Notes: generated from the letters alone by a model not told the origin. 64,000 bases of DNA from an uncultured beta proteobacterium (GCA_903859155.1 CAIOLO010000063.1:10408-74407); one strand, 5' to 3'. Positions 48,692-58,212 are shown, numbered from the stretch's first letter. Translations and numbers: made by a program.

Positions 48692-48926
48692 CTTTTCAAA
48701 AGGTAAGCGTGGTGCGGTGATTCCCGCGACGGGAAAAACGCGAATCACTATTTATATGGACGACGCGATTGTCAGCCGGTTCAAAGCTCAGTCGGAAAAG
48801 ACCGGCAAGGGCTATCAGACCTTGATTAACGAAGCCCTGAAAGCCTACTTGGGGCTTGGGGAGCAACCTGTAACGCAGGAACTGGTGCGCAAGATCGTGC
48901 GTGAAGAGCTTGCGGCGCACGGTTGA
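48675..48926 (+). CDS. brnA: BrnA-type antitoxin
   Basis: Start MKKVYDFSKGKRG follows GGAG. ITIYMDDAIVSRFKAQSEKTGKGYQTLINEALKAYL is typical. 17-nt overlap with the toxin gene. Confidence 0.75.
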   Translation: MKKVYDFSKGKRGAVIPATGKTRITIYMDDAIVSRFKAQSEKTGKGYQTLINEALKAYLGLGEQPVTQELVRKIVREELAAHG

Positions 48927-49047
48927 GCGTTAATCTCGCGCGGCACACGGTGGTGCGATCTACGTTGATGCAGTGCCAATCGAACCAACCGACAATGCAC
49001 GGCCTTGGCTGACTCGGGGGCAAAGCAGGGCTCGAACAACAGCAAAT

Positions 49048-49283
49048 TTAGAGCAAGCCGCGCTCGGCAAGCGACAAGGTACGTCCCCCCGCCACGATGA
49101 AATGGTCCAGCACCTGCACGTCAACCAGTGCCAGGGCGGATTTCAGCGAGCGCGTAGTTTGTCGGCGTGTCTGGGTTCGGCGATTCACGAAGGAGGGTTG
49201 TGCGCGAAGATCAGGGCGGCGGTGTTTTGCCGCGGCGCGCACTTGAGTACTTCGCGGGGATAGACGCTGGTCAAGGTGAGAGC
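49048..49283 (-). pseudogene. Degenerate duplicate of the radC 3' end
   Basis: By-eye alignment to 50021-50260 shows 57-nt and 26-nt identical runs, then scattered mismatches and 4 missing nucleotides that break the frame. It encodes [34 protein letters not shown]. Confidence 0.85.
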
Positions 49284-49296
49284 GTCAGCAATCGGA

Positions 49297-49647
49297 TTAA
49301 GCAGCCTTTCGCGCCTTTGCTTCGGAAGGCCGCACGCTCAGCCGCAGCCCTGTTGCGCCGAGGATGGCCGCGAGGCTGCGCAGCTGCGGATTGCCGCCTT
49401 TGGACAAGGTGCGATACAGCGCCTCGCGGTTCAGTCCTGTCTTCCGCGCGATGTGCGACACGCCGCCGCGCGACTCCGCGACATTGCGAAGCGCCTGCAG
49501 CAGTCCTGCGGGATCGCCTTGTTCCAGGGCCGCGTCGACGTAGGCGGCGGCGTTCTCGGCATCCTTTAGCCATTCGAGAAGTTGCGGGCGGTGCGCCACG
49601 CTAGCCGGAGCGCTTGCCTTGTGTTTTCGTTCTTTCCCGATAGTCAT
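49297..49647 (-). CDS. higA: HigA-type HTH antitoxin (addiction-module antidote protein)
   Basis: [57 protein letters not shown] is typical of the family. The start is uncertain. Confidence 0.75.
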   Translation of the reverse strand: MTIGKERKHKASAPASVAHRPQLLEWLKDAENAAAYVDAALEQGDPAGLLQALRNVAESRGGVSHIARKTGLNREALYRTLSKGGNPQLRSLAAILGATGLRLSVRPSEAKARKAA

Positions 49648-49948
49648 TCCAATACTCCTTCGCCTTCTTGATGTCCGCCTGCTGCTTGCGTTTGTCGCCG
49701 CCAAGCAACAGCAGGACAACGGTATTGCCGGCTCGCGCGTGATACACGCGGTAGCCCGGCCCCCAGTCGATCCTCAACTCCCACACGCCTTCGCCGCAGG
49801 GCTCCACGTCACCAAACAGGCCGCGTTCGAGCCGGTCGAGCCGCACCTGCACGCGCGACTGCGCCTGTCGATCCCGTAACACTTCGAACCATTCGGCGAA
49901 CGGGTCCGCGCCGTCGGCGCTAAGGTAATGGCGAACCTCGTAGTTCAT
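49601..49948 (-). CDS. higB: HigB/RelE-family toxin (addiction-module killer protein)
   Basis: PFAEWFEVLRDRQAQSRVQVRLDRLERGLFGDVEPCGEGVWELRIDWGPGYRVYH is typical. Toxin-first gene order. Confidence 0.8.
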   Translation of the reverse strand: MNYEVRHYLSADGADPFAEWFEVLRDRQAQSRVQVRLDRLERGLFGDVEPCGEGVWELRIDWGPGYRVYHARAGNTVVLLLLGGDKRKQQADIKKAKEYWNDYRERTKTQGKRSG

Positions 49949-50020
49949 TGTAGCTTAGAAACTACACTTTTCCGGTTTTGGTTTCCGCAGTGAGCCATGT
50001 GGAGCTCGCCTGTCAGCCAT

Positions 50021-50695
50021 TCAGAGCAGGCCGCGTTCCGCGAACGACAAGGTACGTCCCCCCGCCACGATGAAATGGTCCAGCACCTGCACGTCAACCA
50101 GCGCCAGGGCGGATTTCAGCGAGCGCGTCAGCAGTTCGTCGGCGTGGCTGGGTTCGGCGACGCCGGAGGGGTGATTGTGGGCAAAGATCAGGGCGGCGGC
50201 GTTGTGTCGCAGCGCGCACTTGACGACTTCGCGCGGGTAAACACTGGTCTGGGTGAGCGTGCCGTGGAACAGTTCCTCGGTGGCGGTGACGCGGTGCTGC
50301 GCATCCAGCATCAATGCCACGAACACCTCCCGGTCGCTGCGCGCCAGGATCAGGCGCAGGTAGTCGCGCACCGCCTGGGGCGAGGCGAGAGCGTCACCTG
50401 CCTCGAGTTCCTCGCGCAGGGAACGGCGCGCCAGTTCAACCGAGGCGAGCAGTTGCGCTGATTTGGCATTGCCCAGGCCGCGGTGTGCGGCCAGTTCCCT
50501 GGCGCTGCTGGCTAGGAGCACACGCACGGAACCGAATTGATTGAGCAGGTCGCGTGCCAGTTCCACGGCGCTTTTGCCCGCTATGCCGGTGCGCAGGCAA
50601 ATCGCCAGCAGCTCCGCGTCGGCGAGCGCCTGCGGTCCCTGGGCGAGCAGGCGTTCGCGCGGCCGCTCGGCGGCCGGCCAGTCGGTAATGCCCAT
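50021..50695 (-). CDS. radC: RadC-family JAB-domain protein
   Basis: 224 aa with the HNHPSG JAMM motif. Divergent from coaBC, as in the conserved radC-coaBC-dut arrangement. Confidence 0.9.
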   Translation of the reverse strand: MGITDWPAAERPRERLLAQGPQALADAELLAICLRTGIAGKSAVELARDLLNQFGSVRVLLASSARELAAHRGLGNAKSAQLLASVELARRSLREELEAGDALASPQAVRDYLRLILARSDREVFVALMLDAQHRVTATEELFHGTLTQTSVYPREVVKCALRHNAAALIFAHNHPSGVAEPSHADELLTRSLKSALALVDVQVLDHFIVAGGRTLSFAERGLL

Positions 50696-50802
50696 TGCCT
50701 GCCCCCTTTGGGTGGTTGTTGAGGCGCGCGCCCGTGCTGCACCGCAAGGTGCACTCGCGTAGAATCTGAACTCCCAATCTCAACGCGCCACTTCGCAAAG
50801 CG

Positions 50803-51993
50803 ATGACTTCCCTGTCTGGAAAGCGGCTGTTGCTGGGCCTCACCGGTGGTATCGCCGCCTACAAGGCTGCGGAGCTCGCGCGCCTGTTCGTCAAAGCCGG
50901 AATGGATGTGCGCGTGGTGATGACCGCGGCCGCCTGCCGCTTCATCACGCCGGTGACGATGCAGGCGCTGTCGGGACAGACGGTCTACACCGACCTGTGG
51001 GATGCCCGGGTGCGCGACAACATGGCGCACATCGAATTGTCGCGCGACCGCGATCTGATCCTGGTGGCGCCGGCCAGCGCCGATTTCATGGCGAAACTCG
51101 CCAATGGCCTGGCCGATGATTTGTTGTCGACGCTTTGCCTCGCGCGGCAGAGTCTTCTGGCGGTGGCCCCGGCGATGAATGTCCAGATGTGGGAAAACGC
51201 CGCCATGCGCCGCAACGTCGCGCTTTTGCGCGAAGACGGCATTGCCGTGATGGGTCCGGGCGCGGGCGACCAGGCTTGCGGCGAAACCGGCATGGGCCGC
51301 ATGCTGGAACCGGAGGATCTGTTCGCGGCGGTTGCCGTGCTGCTGGGTCCGAAACTGCTCAGGGGAAGGAAGGTACTGGTTACCGCGGGACCGACCTACG
51401 AACCGATCGATACGGTGCGCGGCATCACCAACCAGAGTTCCGGAAAAATGGGTTACGCGGTGGCGCAGGCGGCGCTCGAGGCGGGAGCGGAGGTAACGCT
51501 GGTCTCCGGTCCCACGGCGCTCGCGGCGCCGCTGGGTGCCGTGCGCGTCGATGTGCGCAGCGCGCGCGACATGCACGAAGCGGTGATGGCAAGGGCAATG
51601 GCGAGCGATATTTTCATCTCGGTGGCGGCTGTCGCCGATTACCACGTCGTGGACGCGAAAGCGCACAAGATCAAGCGCGGCAGCGGCAATCTCGCCATCG
51701 AACTCGCGCCCAATCCGGACATACTCGCCACGGTGGCGGCGTTGAAGAAGCCGCCGTTTTGCGTCGGTTTTGCAGCCGAGACCGAGAACCTGCGGGTCAA
51801 CGCGCAGGCCAAGCGCAAGCGCAAAAAGATCCCCTTGCTGGCGGCCAATCTGGCGCAGGAGACCTTCGGGCGTGACGACAACGCGCTGACCCTGATTGAC
51901 GACCAAGGCGAGCATGAACTGCAGCGGGCCGCGAAGATCGTGATTGCGCGGCAGTTGATCGCTCATGTGGCCGGCATGCTGAAGAGCAGCTGA
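50803..51993 (+). CDS. coaBC: Bifunctional phosphopantothenoylcysteine decarboxylase/synthetase
   Basis: GLTGGIAAYKAAEL flavoprotein N-terminus and the CoaB C-terminal half. Confidence 0.9.
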   Translation: MTSLSGKRLLLGLTGGIAAYKAAELARLFVKAGMDVRVVMTAAACRFITPVTMQALSGQTVYTDLWDARVRDNMAHIELSRDRDLILVAPASADFMAKLANGLADDLLSTLCLARQSLLAVAPAMNVQMWENAAMRRNVALLREDGIAVMGPGAGDQACGETGMGRMLEPEDLFAAVAVLLGPKLLRGRKVLVTAGPTYEPIDTVRGITNQSSGKMGYAVAQAALEAGAEVTLVSGPTALAAPLGAVRVDVRSARDMHEAVMARAMASDIFISVAAVADYHVVDAKAHKIKRGSGNLAIELAPNPDILATVAALKKPPFCVGFAAETENLRVNAQAKRKRKKIPLLAANLAQETFGRDDNALTLIDDQGEHELQRAAKIVIARQLIAHVAGMLKSS

Positions 51994-52136
51994 GCAAACG
52001 AGACCTATAACAATAACGGGATTAAAAATGCCTGGAAACAAAAGCAAATTTTAGTATTTTCTGTTTAAAAGTTTGCAATTGGTATATTGATGCAGCCCCT
52101 TTCCACTGGCATTCCCCTGCTTTTCAAGAGATTCCA

Positions 52137-52586
52137 ATGCAACGACTGGACGTGAAAATTCTCGATGCGCGCATGCGCGATACCTTGCCGCAATATGCCA
52201 CGGCGGGTTCGGCCGGGCTGGATCTGCGCGCCTGCCTGGATGCGCCGGTAACGATTGAGCCCGGGGCCACCGTGCTGATCCCCACCGGCCTTGCCATTCA
52301 CATCGCCGACCCCGGTTTCGCGGCCATGATCCTGCCGCGCTCCGGCCTGGGCCACAAGAATGGCATCGTGCTGGGCAACCTGGTCGGCCTGATCGATTCG
52401 GATTATCAGGGGCCTCTGATGGTCTCCACCTGGAACCGCGGCCAGGCCGCATTCACCATCCAGCCCATGGACCGCATTGCGCAAATGGTGATCGTGCCGG
52501 TGGCGCAGGTGACGCTGAACGTGGTCGATGATTTCGAAGCCAGCAATCGCGGCGCCGGCGGTTTCGGCAGCACCGGAAAAAGCTGA
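52137..52586 (+). CDS. dut: dUTP diphosphatase
   Basis: 149 aa with [23 protein letters not shown] and [10 protein letters not shown] motifs. Confidence 0.95.
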   Translation: MQRLDVKILDARMRDTLPQYATAGSAGLDLRACLDAPVTIEPGATVLIPTGLAIHIADPGFAAMILPRSGLGHKNGIVLGNLVGLIDSDYQGPLMVSTWNRGQAAFTIQPMDRIAQMVIVPVAQVTLNVVDDFEASNRGAGGFGSTGKS

Positions 52587-52587
52587 C

Positions 52588-53880
52588 TTAGCTCAGCATA
52601 TCGCTCCAGATATTCTGGGCCCATGCCCAGCCGTAAGCACCTTCTATTTCACTGCGCTGCGCCGACACACCGCCCGACCCGGGCACGGCCACCAGGGTCT
52701 TCTGCTTGGCGTCGTACTGATGCACCGAGGAAACGTGGATGACTTCCTTGTCCGAGACGAAGCTGTAGCAGGTGTTGGCGAGGACCGGCTCCTGGTTGGG
52801 CTGGCGTCCGTTCATGATTTCGACAATCGCCGCCGCGGCCAGCTTGCCGTGCTGGTTGGCCATGTGGCCGGACTTGGGCATCGCCGGCGCCGACATGGTG
52901 GCATCGCCGAGCACGTGGATGCCCGGGACTGCCGTTGACTCCATGCTGAGCCAGTCCACGCTGCACCAGCGGTTGTTGGCATTGATGAGGCCGGTGGAGC
53001 GTGCGATGTCCGCGGCGCGCATGGACGGCAGCACGTTGAGCACGTCGCCCTTGACGTTGTCGAAATCGGTCTTCAGCGTTTTGCCGCGCACGTCGACATC
53101 TTTCACCTCGGAATTCGGCCGGTAATCGATCATTCCCTTGTAGAGCTGCTCCCAGGCGGCGCGGAACAGCGGCCCCTTGGAGGTGATGTTTTCATTGGCG
53201 TCGAGAACGACGATGCGCGCTTTTGGCTTTGCCTGTTTCAGATAATGCGCCACCTGGCACACCCGCTCGTAAGGCCCGGGCGGGCAGCGGTACGGTGCCA
53301 GCGGAATCGAAATCACGAAAGTGCCGTCGTCGGGCATGGATTCTATTTGCTTGCGCAGCGCAACCGTTTGCGGTCCGGCCCTCCAGGCATGCAGCACCTG
53401 GCTTTGCGCATCGGCGCTATTCATGCCGGGCAGGGTGTCATACATCAGGTCGACACCCGGCGACACGATCAGCCGGTCGTAGCCCATGTCGGCATAGCGG
53501 TCCTTGAACTTGACCATTTTCCTGGCGTGATCCACCGCGGTGACTTCGTCGGTGAGCAACTGCACGCCGTGTTCCTTGAGGCGATTGCGGCTGCGGGTAA
53601 TTTCGGCGAGCGTTCTGCTGCCGCCGATCACCAGGTTGGACATCGGGCAGGAGATGAAGGTGGGCTCGCGGTCCACCAGCATCACCTCGATGCTGCCGGC
53701 CGACCACAGGCGCAGGTATTTGGCCGCGGTCTGGCCGCCATAGCCCGCGCCGATGATCATGACTCTGCCCACCGGTTTCCTGATCTCCGGGGTGCTCGCG
53801 CAACCCGGCAGGATCGAGGACACCGCGCTGCCGATCGTCACTGCGCCGCCGGCTTGCAGGAATTTGCGTCTGTTGGTCAT
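52588..53880 (-). CDS. fccB: Flavocytochrome c sulfide dehydrogenase flavoprotein subunit (FccB/SoxF-like)
   Basis: Tat motif NRRKFLQ and FAD-binding IIGAGYGG. Paired with an upstream monohaem cytochrome c gene. Confidence 0.85.
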   Translation of the reverse strand: MTNRRKFLQAGGAVTIGSAVSSILPGCASTPEIRKPVGRVMIIGAGYGGQTAAKYLRLWSAGSIEVMLVDREPTFISCPMSNLVIGGSRTLAEITRSRNRLKEHGVQLLTDEVTAVDHARKMVKFKDRYADMGYDRLIVSPGVDLMYDTLPGMNSADAQSQVLHAWRAGPQTVALRKQIESMPDDGTFVISIPLAPYRCPPGPYERVCQVAHYLKQAKPKARIVVLDANENITSKGPLFRAAWEQLYKGMIDYRPNSEVKDVDVRGKTLKTDFDNVKGDVLNVLPSMRAADIARSTGLINANNRWCSVDWLSMESTAVPGIHVLGDATMSAPAMPKSGHMANQHGKLAAAAIVEIMNGRQPNQEPVLANTCYSFVSDKEVIHVSSVHQYDAKQKTLVAVPGSGGVSAQRSEIEGAYGWAWAQNIWSDMLS

Positions 53881-53889
53881 CGCGGCCTC

Positions 53890-54198
53890 CTAGTTGGGCT
53901 TCTGGGCGGAAAGATAGGTGCTCACCGCTTCCAGCTGCGCGTCGGTATAACCCTTGGCGAGCTGGTGCATGATGGTGGCCGGACGCTTGCCGTCGCGATA
54001 CTCACGCAGCATTTGCAGCAATGCGGCGCGCGGCTTGCCGGCAAGGCTGGGCATTCCGCCGACGCTGGCGCCGTTGGTGCCATGGCAATTGGCACAGTTG
54101 GAGGCGAGCATGCGACCCAGATTCGGGTCGGTGCCCTGGGCTCGCGCACCCAGTGGGGCGATGGCCAGAACGGCGGCAAGCAACAGGGTTCGGTTCAT
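53890..54198 (-). CDS. fccA: Monohaem cytochrome c subunit (FccA/SoxE-like)
   Basis: Start MNRTLLLAAVLAIAP (signal peptide) and a single CANCH haem site. Confidence 0.8.
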   Translation of the reverse strand: MNRTLLLAAVLAIAPLGARAQGTDPNLGRMLASNCANCHGTNGASVGGMPSLAGKPRAALLQMLREYRDGKRPATIMHQLAKGYTDAQLEAVSTYLSAQKPN

Positions 54199-54339
54199 GC
54201 GGTGCTCCTTGGTGGATCGGTCGCGGCTCGAACCGGGCTTTGCCGGCAGGCGGGACGATGCGGGTAAAGGCGAAGTTTCCATGCGGGCGCATGGAGTGTC
54301 AAGAATGGTTCTGGAATATCGAAAGCAGCAAAAGTGATA

Positions 54340-54360
54340 AGGGCCGCGTCATGCGGCCCT
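54340..54360 (-). terminator. Rho-independent terminator of clpA
   Basis: AGGGCCGC-gtcat-GCGGCCCT, followed on the minus strand by a T-rich tract. Confidence 0.7.
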
Positions 54361-54389
54361 GTTGCAAAACCCGCGCGGCTCCCGCCGAA

Positions 54390-56678
54390 TCAGACGGCCG
54401 GGTCCGCCGCGACCGCCCTCTCGGGCGGTTTTTCCTCGATGAATTTGATGGCTATCTTGCCCTCGCCATCGACATCGATCGTGACCTTGCCGCCATTGGC
54501 GAGCTTGCCAAACAGCAGTTCGTCGGCCAGGCCCCGGCGGATGGTGTCCTGGATGAGTCGCGACATCGGGCGCGCGCCCATCAGCGGGTCGAAGCCGTGC
54601 TTGGCCAGGTGTTCGCGCAGCGTGTCGGTGAAGCTTGCCTCCACTTTCTTCTCGTGCAGCTGGCCTTCGAGTTGCATCAGGAACTTGTCCACCACGCGCA
54701 GGATGACCTGCCGGTCGAGCGATGCGAAAGAGATGGTCGCATCCAGGCGATTGCGAAATTCCGGCGTAAACAGGCGCTTGATCTCGCCCATCTCGTCGCC
54801 GACTTCCTTTTTTGCGGTGAAGCCCATGACCGTCTTGTTCATGGCTTCTGATCCTGCGTTGGTGGTCATGACGATGATGATGTTGCGGAAATCGGCCTTC
54901 CTGCCGTTGTTGTCGGTCAGCGTGCCGTGATCCATCACCTGCAGCAGAATGTTGAAAATGTCCGGGTGCGCCTTCTCGATTTCATCCAGCAGCAGCACCG
55001 CGTAGGGTTTTTTCGTGATCGCCTCGGTGAGCAGCCCGCCCTGATCAAAGCCGACATACCCGGGCGGCGCGCCGATGAGCCGCGATACGGCGTGGCGCTC
55101 CATGTACTCGGACATGTCGAACCTGTGCAGGTCGATTCCCATGCAGTAGGCGAGCTGGCGCGCGACCTCGGTCTTGCCGACGCCGGTGGGTCCGGAGAAC
55201 AGGAATGCCCCAATCGGCTTTTGCGGATTGCCCAATCCGGACCGGGCGGTGCGTATTGCGGCAACCAGGGCATCGATGGCCTTGTCCTGCCCGAACACCA
55301 CGGCCTTGAGGTCGCGGTCGATGTTCTTCAGGGCGGCCCTGTCGTCCTGCGACACCGTCGCCGGCGGGATGCGCGCGATCTTGGCGATGATCTCCTCGAT
55401 CTCGATTTTGCCGATCAGCTTTTTCTGTTTGGATTTGGGCAGGATCTTTTGCGCCGCGCCGGCCTCGTCGATGACATCGATGGCCTTGTCGGGGAGGTGC
55501 CGGTCGGTGATGTAACGTGCCGAGAGTTCGGCCGCAGAGGACAGCGCATTGGCGCTGTACTTGATGCCATGGTGCGCCTCGAAGCGCGATTTGAGGCCGC
55601 GCAGGATCAGGATGGTCTCGTCAACGGAGGGTTCGTTGACATCGATCTTCTGGAAGCGGCGCGACAGCGCGTGGTCCTTCTCGAATACGCCGCGGTACTC
55701 GTTGTAGGTGGTGGCGCCGATGCATTTTAGGGCGCCCGAGGACAGCGCCGGTTTGAGCAGATTGGAGGCGTCCAGCGTCCCGCCCGAGGCCGCGCCGGCG
55801 CCGATCAGCGTGTGAATTTCGTCGATAAAGAGAATGGCGTTGGGGTTGTCGACCAGCTGCTTGAGAACCGCCTTGAGGCGCTGTTCGAAGTCGCCGCGGT
55901 ACTTGGTGCCGGCGAGCAGCGCGCCCATGTCAAGCGAAAATACCTGGCAATTGGCCAGGATTTCCGGGACCTGGTTCTCCACGATGCGGCGCGCGAGCCC
56001 TTCGGCAATGGCGGTCTTGCCCACGCCGGCCTCGCCCACCAGCAACGGATTGTTCTTGCGGCGCCGGCAAAGCGTCTGGATGACGCGCTCCAGTTCGTGC
56101 TCGCGGCCGATCAGCGGATCGATCTTGCCCAGCAGCGCCTGGGCGTTCAAATTGGTGGTGTAGGCCTCGAGGGCGCCGCCGCTTTGCTGTTCCTCTTCCT
56201 TTTGTTCCTCGCCATGCTCGTTCTTTTGTTCCTTGCCCTGCTGCTGATTCTTGGTGATGCCGTGGGCGATGAAATTCACCACATCCAGTCGCGTCACGCC
56301 CTGCTGGTGCAGGAAGTACACCGCGTGCGAGTCTTTTTCGCCGAACATGGCCACCAGCACATTGGCGCCGGTGACCTCCTTCTTGCCCGAGGACTGGACA
56401 TGCAGGATGGCGCGCTGGATGACGCGCTGGAAGCCCAGTGTCGGTTGCGTGTCGATTTCGTCCGATCCGGCGATCGTCGGCGTGTGCGCGGTGATGAAAT
56501 CGGTGAGTGACTTGCGCAACTCGTCCAGGTTGGCGGCGCAGGCGCGCAGAACCTCCGCGGCGGTGGGATTGTCCAATAGCGCAAGCAGCAGATGTTCAAC
56601 CGTAATGAACTCATGCCGTTTTTGACGGGCCTCGACAAAGGCCATGTGCAAGCTGACTTCAAGCTCCTGCGCGATCAT
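54390..56678 (-). CDS. clpA: ATP-dependent Clp protease ATP-binding subunit ClpA
   Basis: 762 aa with two AAA+ modules ([16 protein letters not shown]) and a ClpA N-domain. Confidence 0.95.
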   Translation of the reverse strand: MIAQELEVSLHMAFVEARQKRHEFITVEHLLLALLDNPTAAEVLRACAANLDELRKSLTDFITAHTPTIAGSDEIDTQPTLGFQRVIQRAILHVQSSGKKEVTGANVLVAMFGEKDSHAVYFLHQQGVTRLDVVNFIAHGITKNQQQGKEQKNEHGEEQKEEEQQSGGALEAYTTNLNAQALLGKIDPLIGREHELERVIQTLCRRRKNNPLLVGEAGVGKTAIAEGLARRIVENQVPEILANCQVFSLDMGALLAGTKYRGDFEQRLKAVLKQLVDNPNAILFIDEIHTLIGAGAASGGTLDASNLLKPALSSGALKCIGATTYNEYRGVFEKDHALSRRFQKIDVNEPSVDETILILRGLKSRFEAHHGIKYSANALSSAAELSARYITDRHLPDKAIDVIDEAGAAQKILPKSKQKKLIGKIEIEEIIAKIARIPPATVSQDDRAALKNIDRDLKAVVFGQDKAIDALVAAIRTARSGLGNPQKPIGAFLFSGPTGVGKTEVARQLAYCMGIDLHRFDMSEYMERHAVSRLIGAPPGYVGFDQGGLLTEAITKKPYAVLLLDEIEKAHPDIFNILLQVMDHGTLTDNNGRKADFRNIIIVMTTNAGSEAMNKTVMGFTAKKEVGDEMGEIKRLFTPEFRNRLDATISFASLDRQVILRVVDKFLMQLEGQLHEKKVEASFTDTLREHLAKHGFDPLMGARPMSRLIQDTIRRGLADELLFGKLANGGKVTIDVDGEGKIAIKFIEEKPPERAVAADPAV

Positions 56679-56744
56679 AGATTTTCCATCCTGTGGTCGA
56701 ATCCAAAGCGGTGAAGCTCCCGTCGCCTTGCGGCTGCGGTCAGC

Positions 56745-57053
56745 TCAGTTTTCCTCCATCACGCACTGTAATGGATGCTGATGTTTTTTTGCGTACGACG
56801 CAACCTGCTCGACCTTGGTGGTTGCTATGTCCTTCGGGTACAGGCCGCAAACCCCCATACCTTCGCGATGAACTTTCAGCATGACCTGGGTCGCCTTTTC
56901 CCGGCTCATCGAAAAAAACTTCTGCAATACGATGACGACAAACTCCATGGGAGTGTAATCGTCATTGAGCACAATAACCTTGTACATAGACGGCGGCTTG
57001 ACCCGGGCCTTGCTGGTCTCCAGTACCGTACCTTCTTTTGGACGTGTCCCCAT
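56745..57053 (-). CDS. clpS: ATP-dependent Clp protease adaptor ClpS
   Basis: [24 protein letters not shown] is the ClpS core. Confidence 0.95.
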   Translation of the reverse strand: MGTRPKEGTVLETSKARVKPPSMYKVIVLNDDYTPMEFVVIVLQKFFSMSREKATQVMLKVHREGMGVCGLYPKDIATTKVEQVASYAKKHQHPLQCVMEEN

Positions 57054-57372
57054 GTCGGCAAAACTTATGCCAGAAGGGAGGGGCCGTCAACCGCGATAGC
57101 GCGTGTGAAATGCGCGCCCTGGCCATATTCGTGACAGTCCATGACGCTGCCGCCGCGCCGCGCGGCGCGGCCGGATTGCGCGAAAGCGAATTGCATCGTG
57201 CCGCCTCTTTTGCCGCTGCTTGCCGAGGGAAAAGCACGTTAATATCGCGATCTGGAGCCCCGCCCGTTGAAAAAAGGCGCGGATCCAGGTCAACCGGAAG
57301 AAATGTCCGGGCGTTAATGGCTCAGGTCCCGCAATTGGGGCATCGATCAATTTTCGAGGAAAAGGAAAAAAC

Positions 57373-57573
57373 ATGAAAAAAACTCTATCACTCCTGCTGG
57401 CCCTGGCTTTTATCTCCGTAAGCGGCTTTGCAGCCGCCCAGGCAACGCCGGCGCAGTCGTCGGCGCCTTCGGTGCAGACCGCCACCGACACCCCGAAAGC
57501 CGAGGGTAAGGCCAAGGCCAAGAAGGCCAAGAAAGCCAAAGCCCCGCGCAGCAAGAAGGCCAAGGCGAACTGA
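57373..57573 (+). CDS. Small secreted lysine/alanine-rich protein (Asr-like composition)
   Basis: AGGAAAAGGAAAA upstream and signal peptide MKKTLSLLLALAFISVSGFAAA. The tail is KAEGKAKAKKAKKAKAPRSKKAKAN. Confidence 0.55.
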   Translation: MKKTLSLLLALAFISVSGFAAAQATPAQSSAPSVQTATDTPKAEGKAKAKKAKKAKAPRSKKAKAN

Positions 57574-57715
57574 TCGCCTGTTCTGGAAATGCGCACCCGG
57601 CGTTCGTCAGACTGGCGAACACCGGTGCGCATCGCGTCATGTGCGCGTCATGCGCATGATGCATTGGCGCGACGCGTTGTATGGCATGCGTTCGGCCCCT
57701 GCTAGAATCCATGTC

Positions 57716-58195
57716 ATGAAACCTCCAAGCCGCGCGCCTGCAGTCTCCCTGTTCAACTCAATACGCACCGTGACCCTGGCGGCCGCGCTGTTTTTGCCGG
57801 TCGGGGCTGCGCTTGGCCAGACTCCGACGATTTCCCTGGGGGCCGGGATTCACCTGATACGCGCTGAAGTCGCAGCGAACAACGACACCCGCATGCGGGG
57901 TCTGATGTTCCGCAAGGCGCTGGAGCCCAACCAGGGCATGTTGTTCGTATTTGATGAATTGGCCACACATTGCATGTGGATGAAGAACACGCTGATTCCG
58001 CTGTCCGTGGCTTTCATCGCCGCCGACGGCGTGATTGTCAATATTGCCGACATGAAGCCTCACGACGAGACCACGCATTGCGCGCAGCGACCGGTGCCCT
58101 ATGCGCTGGAGATGGATCGCGGCTGGTTTGCCTCCCGGGGACTGAAAGCAGGGGTGCGCATCACAGGACTGGACAAGGCTCCCGCTCAGCGCTGA
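57716..58195 (+). CDS. DUF192-family periplasmic protein
   Basis: MRGLMFR...GMLFVF...MWMKNTLIPLSVAFI...YALEM is typical DUF192. Confidence 0.75.
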   Translation: MKPPSRAPAVSLFNSIRTVTLAAALFLPVGAALGQTPTISLGAGIHLIRAEVAANNDTRMRGLMFRKALEPNQGMLFVFDELATHCMWMKNTLIPLSVAFIAADGVIVNIADMKPHDETTHCAQRPVPYALEMDRGWFASRGLKAGVRITGLDKAPAQR

Positions 58196-58212
58196 CCTGT
58201 TGCGTACAACAA

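Noticed and set aside
49017-49030. The 14-mer GGGGCAAAGCAGGG shared between 49017-49030 and 63311-63324.
   Set aside because: Several chance 14-mer matches are expected within 64 kb, and the flanks do not align.
48927-49047. tRNA-like T-arm strings (GGTTCGATTGG on the minus strand, GGCTCGAAC on the plus strand) near the islet, as possible tRNA or att remnants.
   Set aside because: The flanking bases cannot form T-stems or an acceptor stem, and no cloverleaf could be drawn.
52584-52590. The dut and fccB stop codons are only 1 nt apart (convergent), with a weak GCTGA...TCAGC pairing across them.
   Set aside because: The observation is real, but a 5-bp stem is not convincing as a terminator. 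Nothing further could be supported from sequence.
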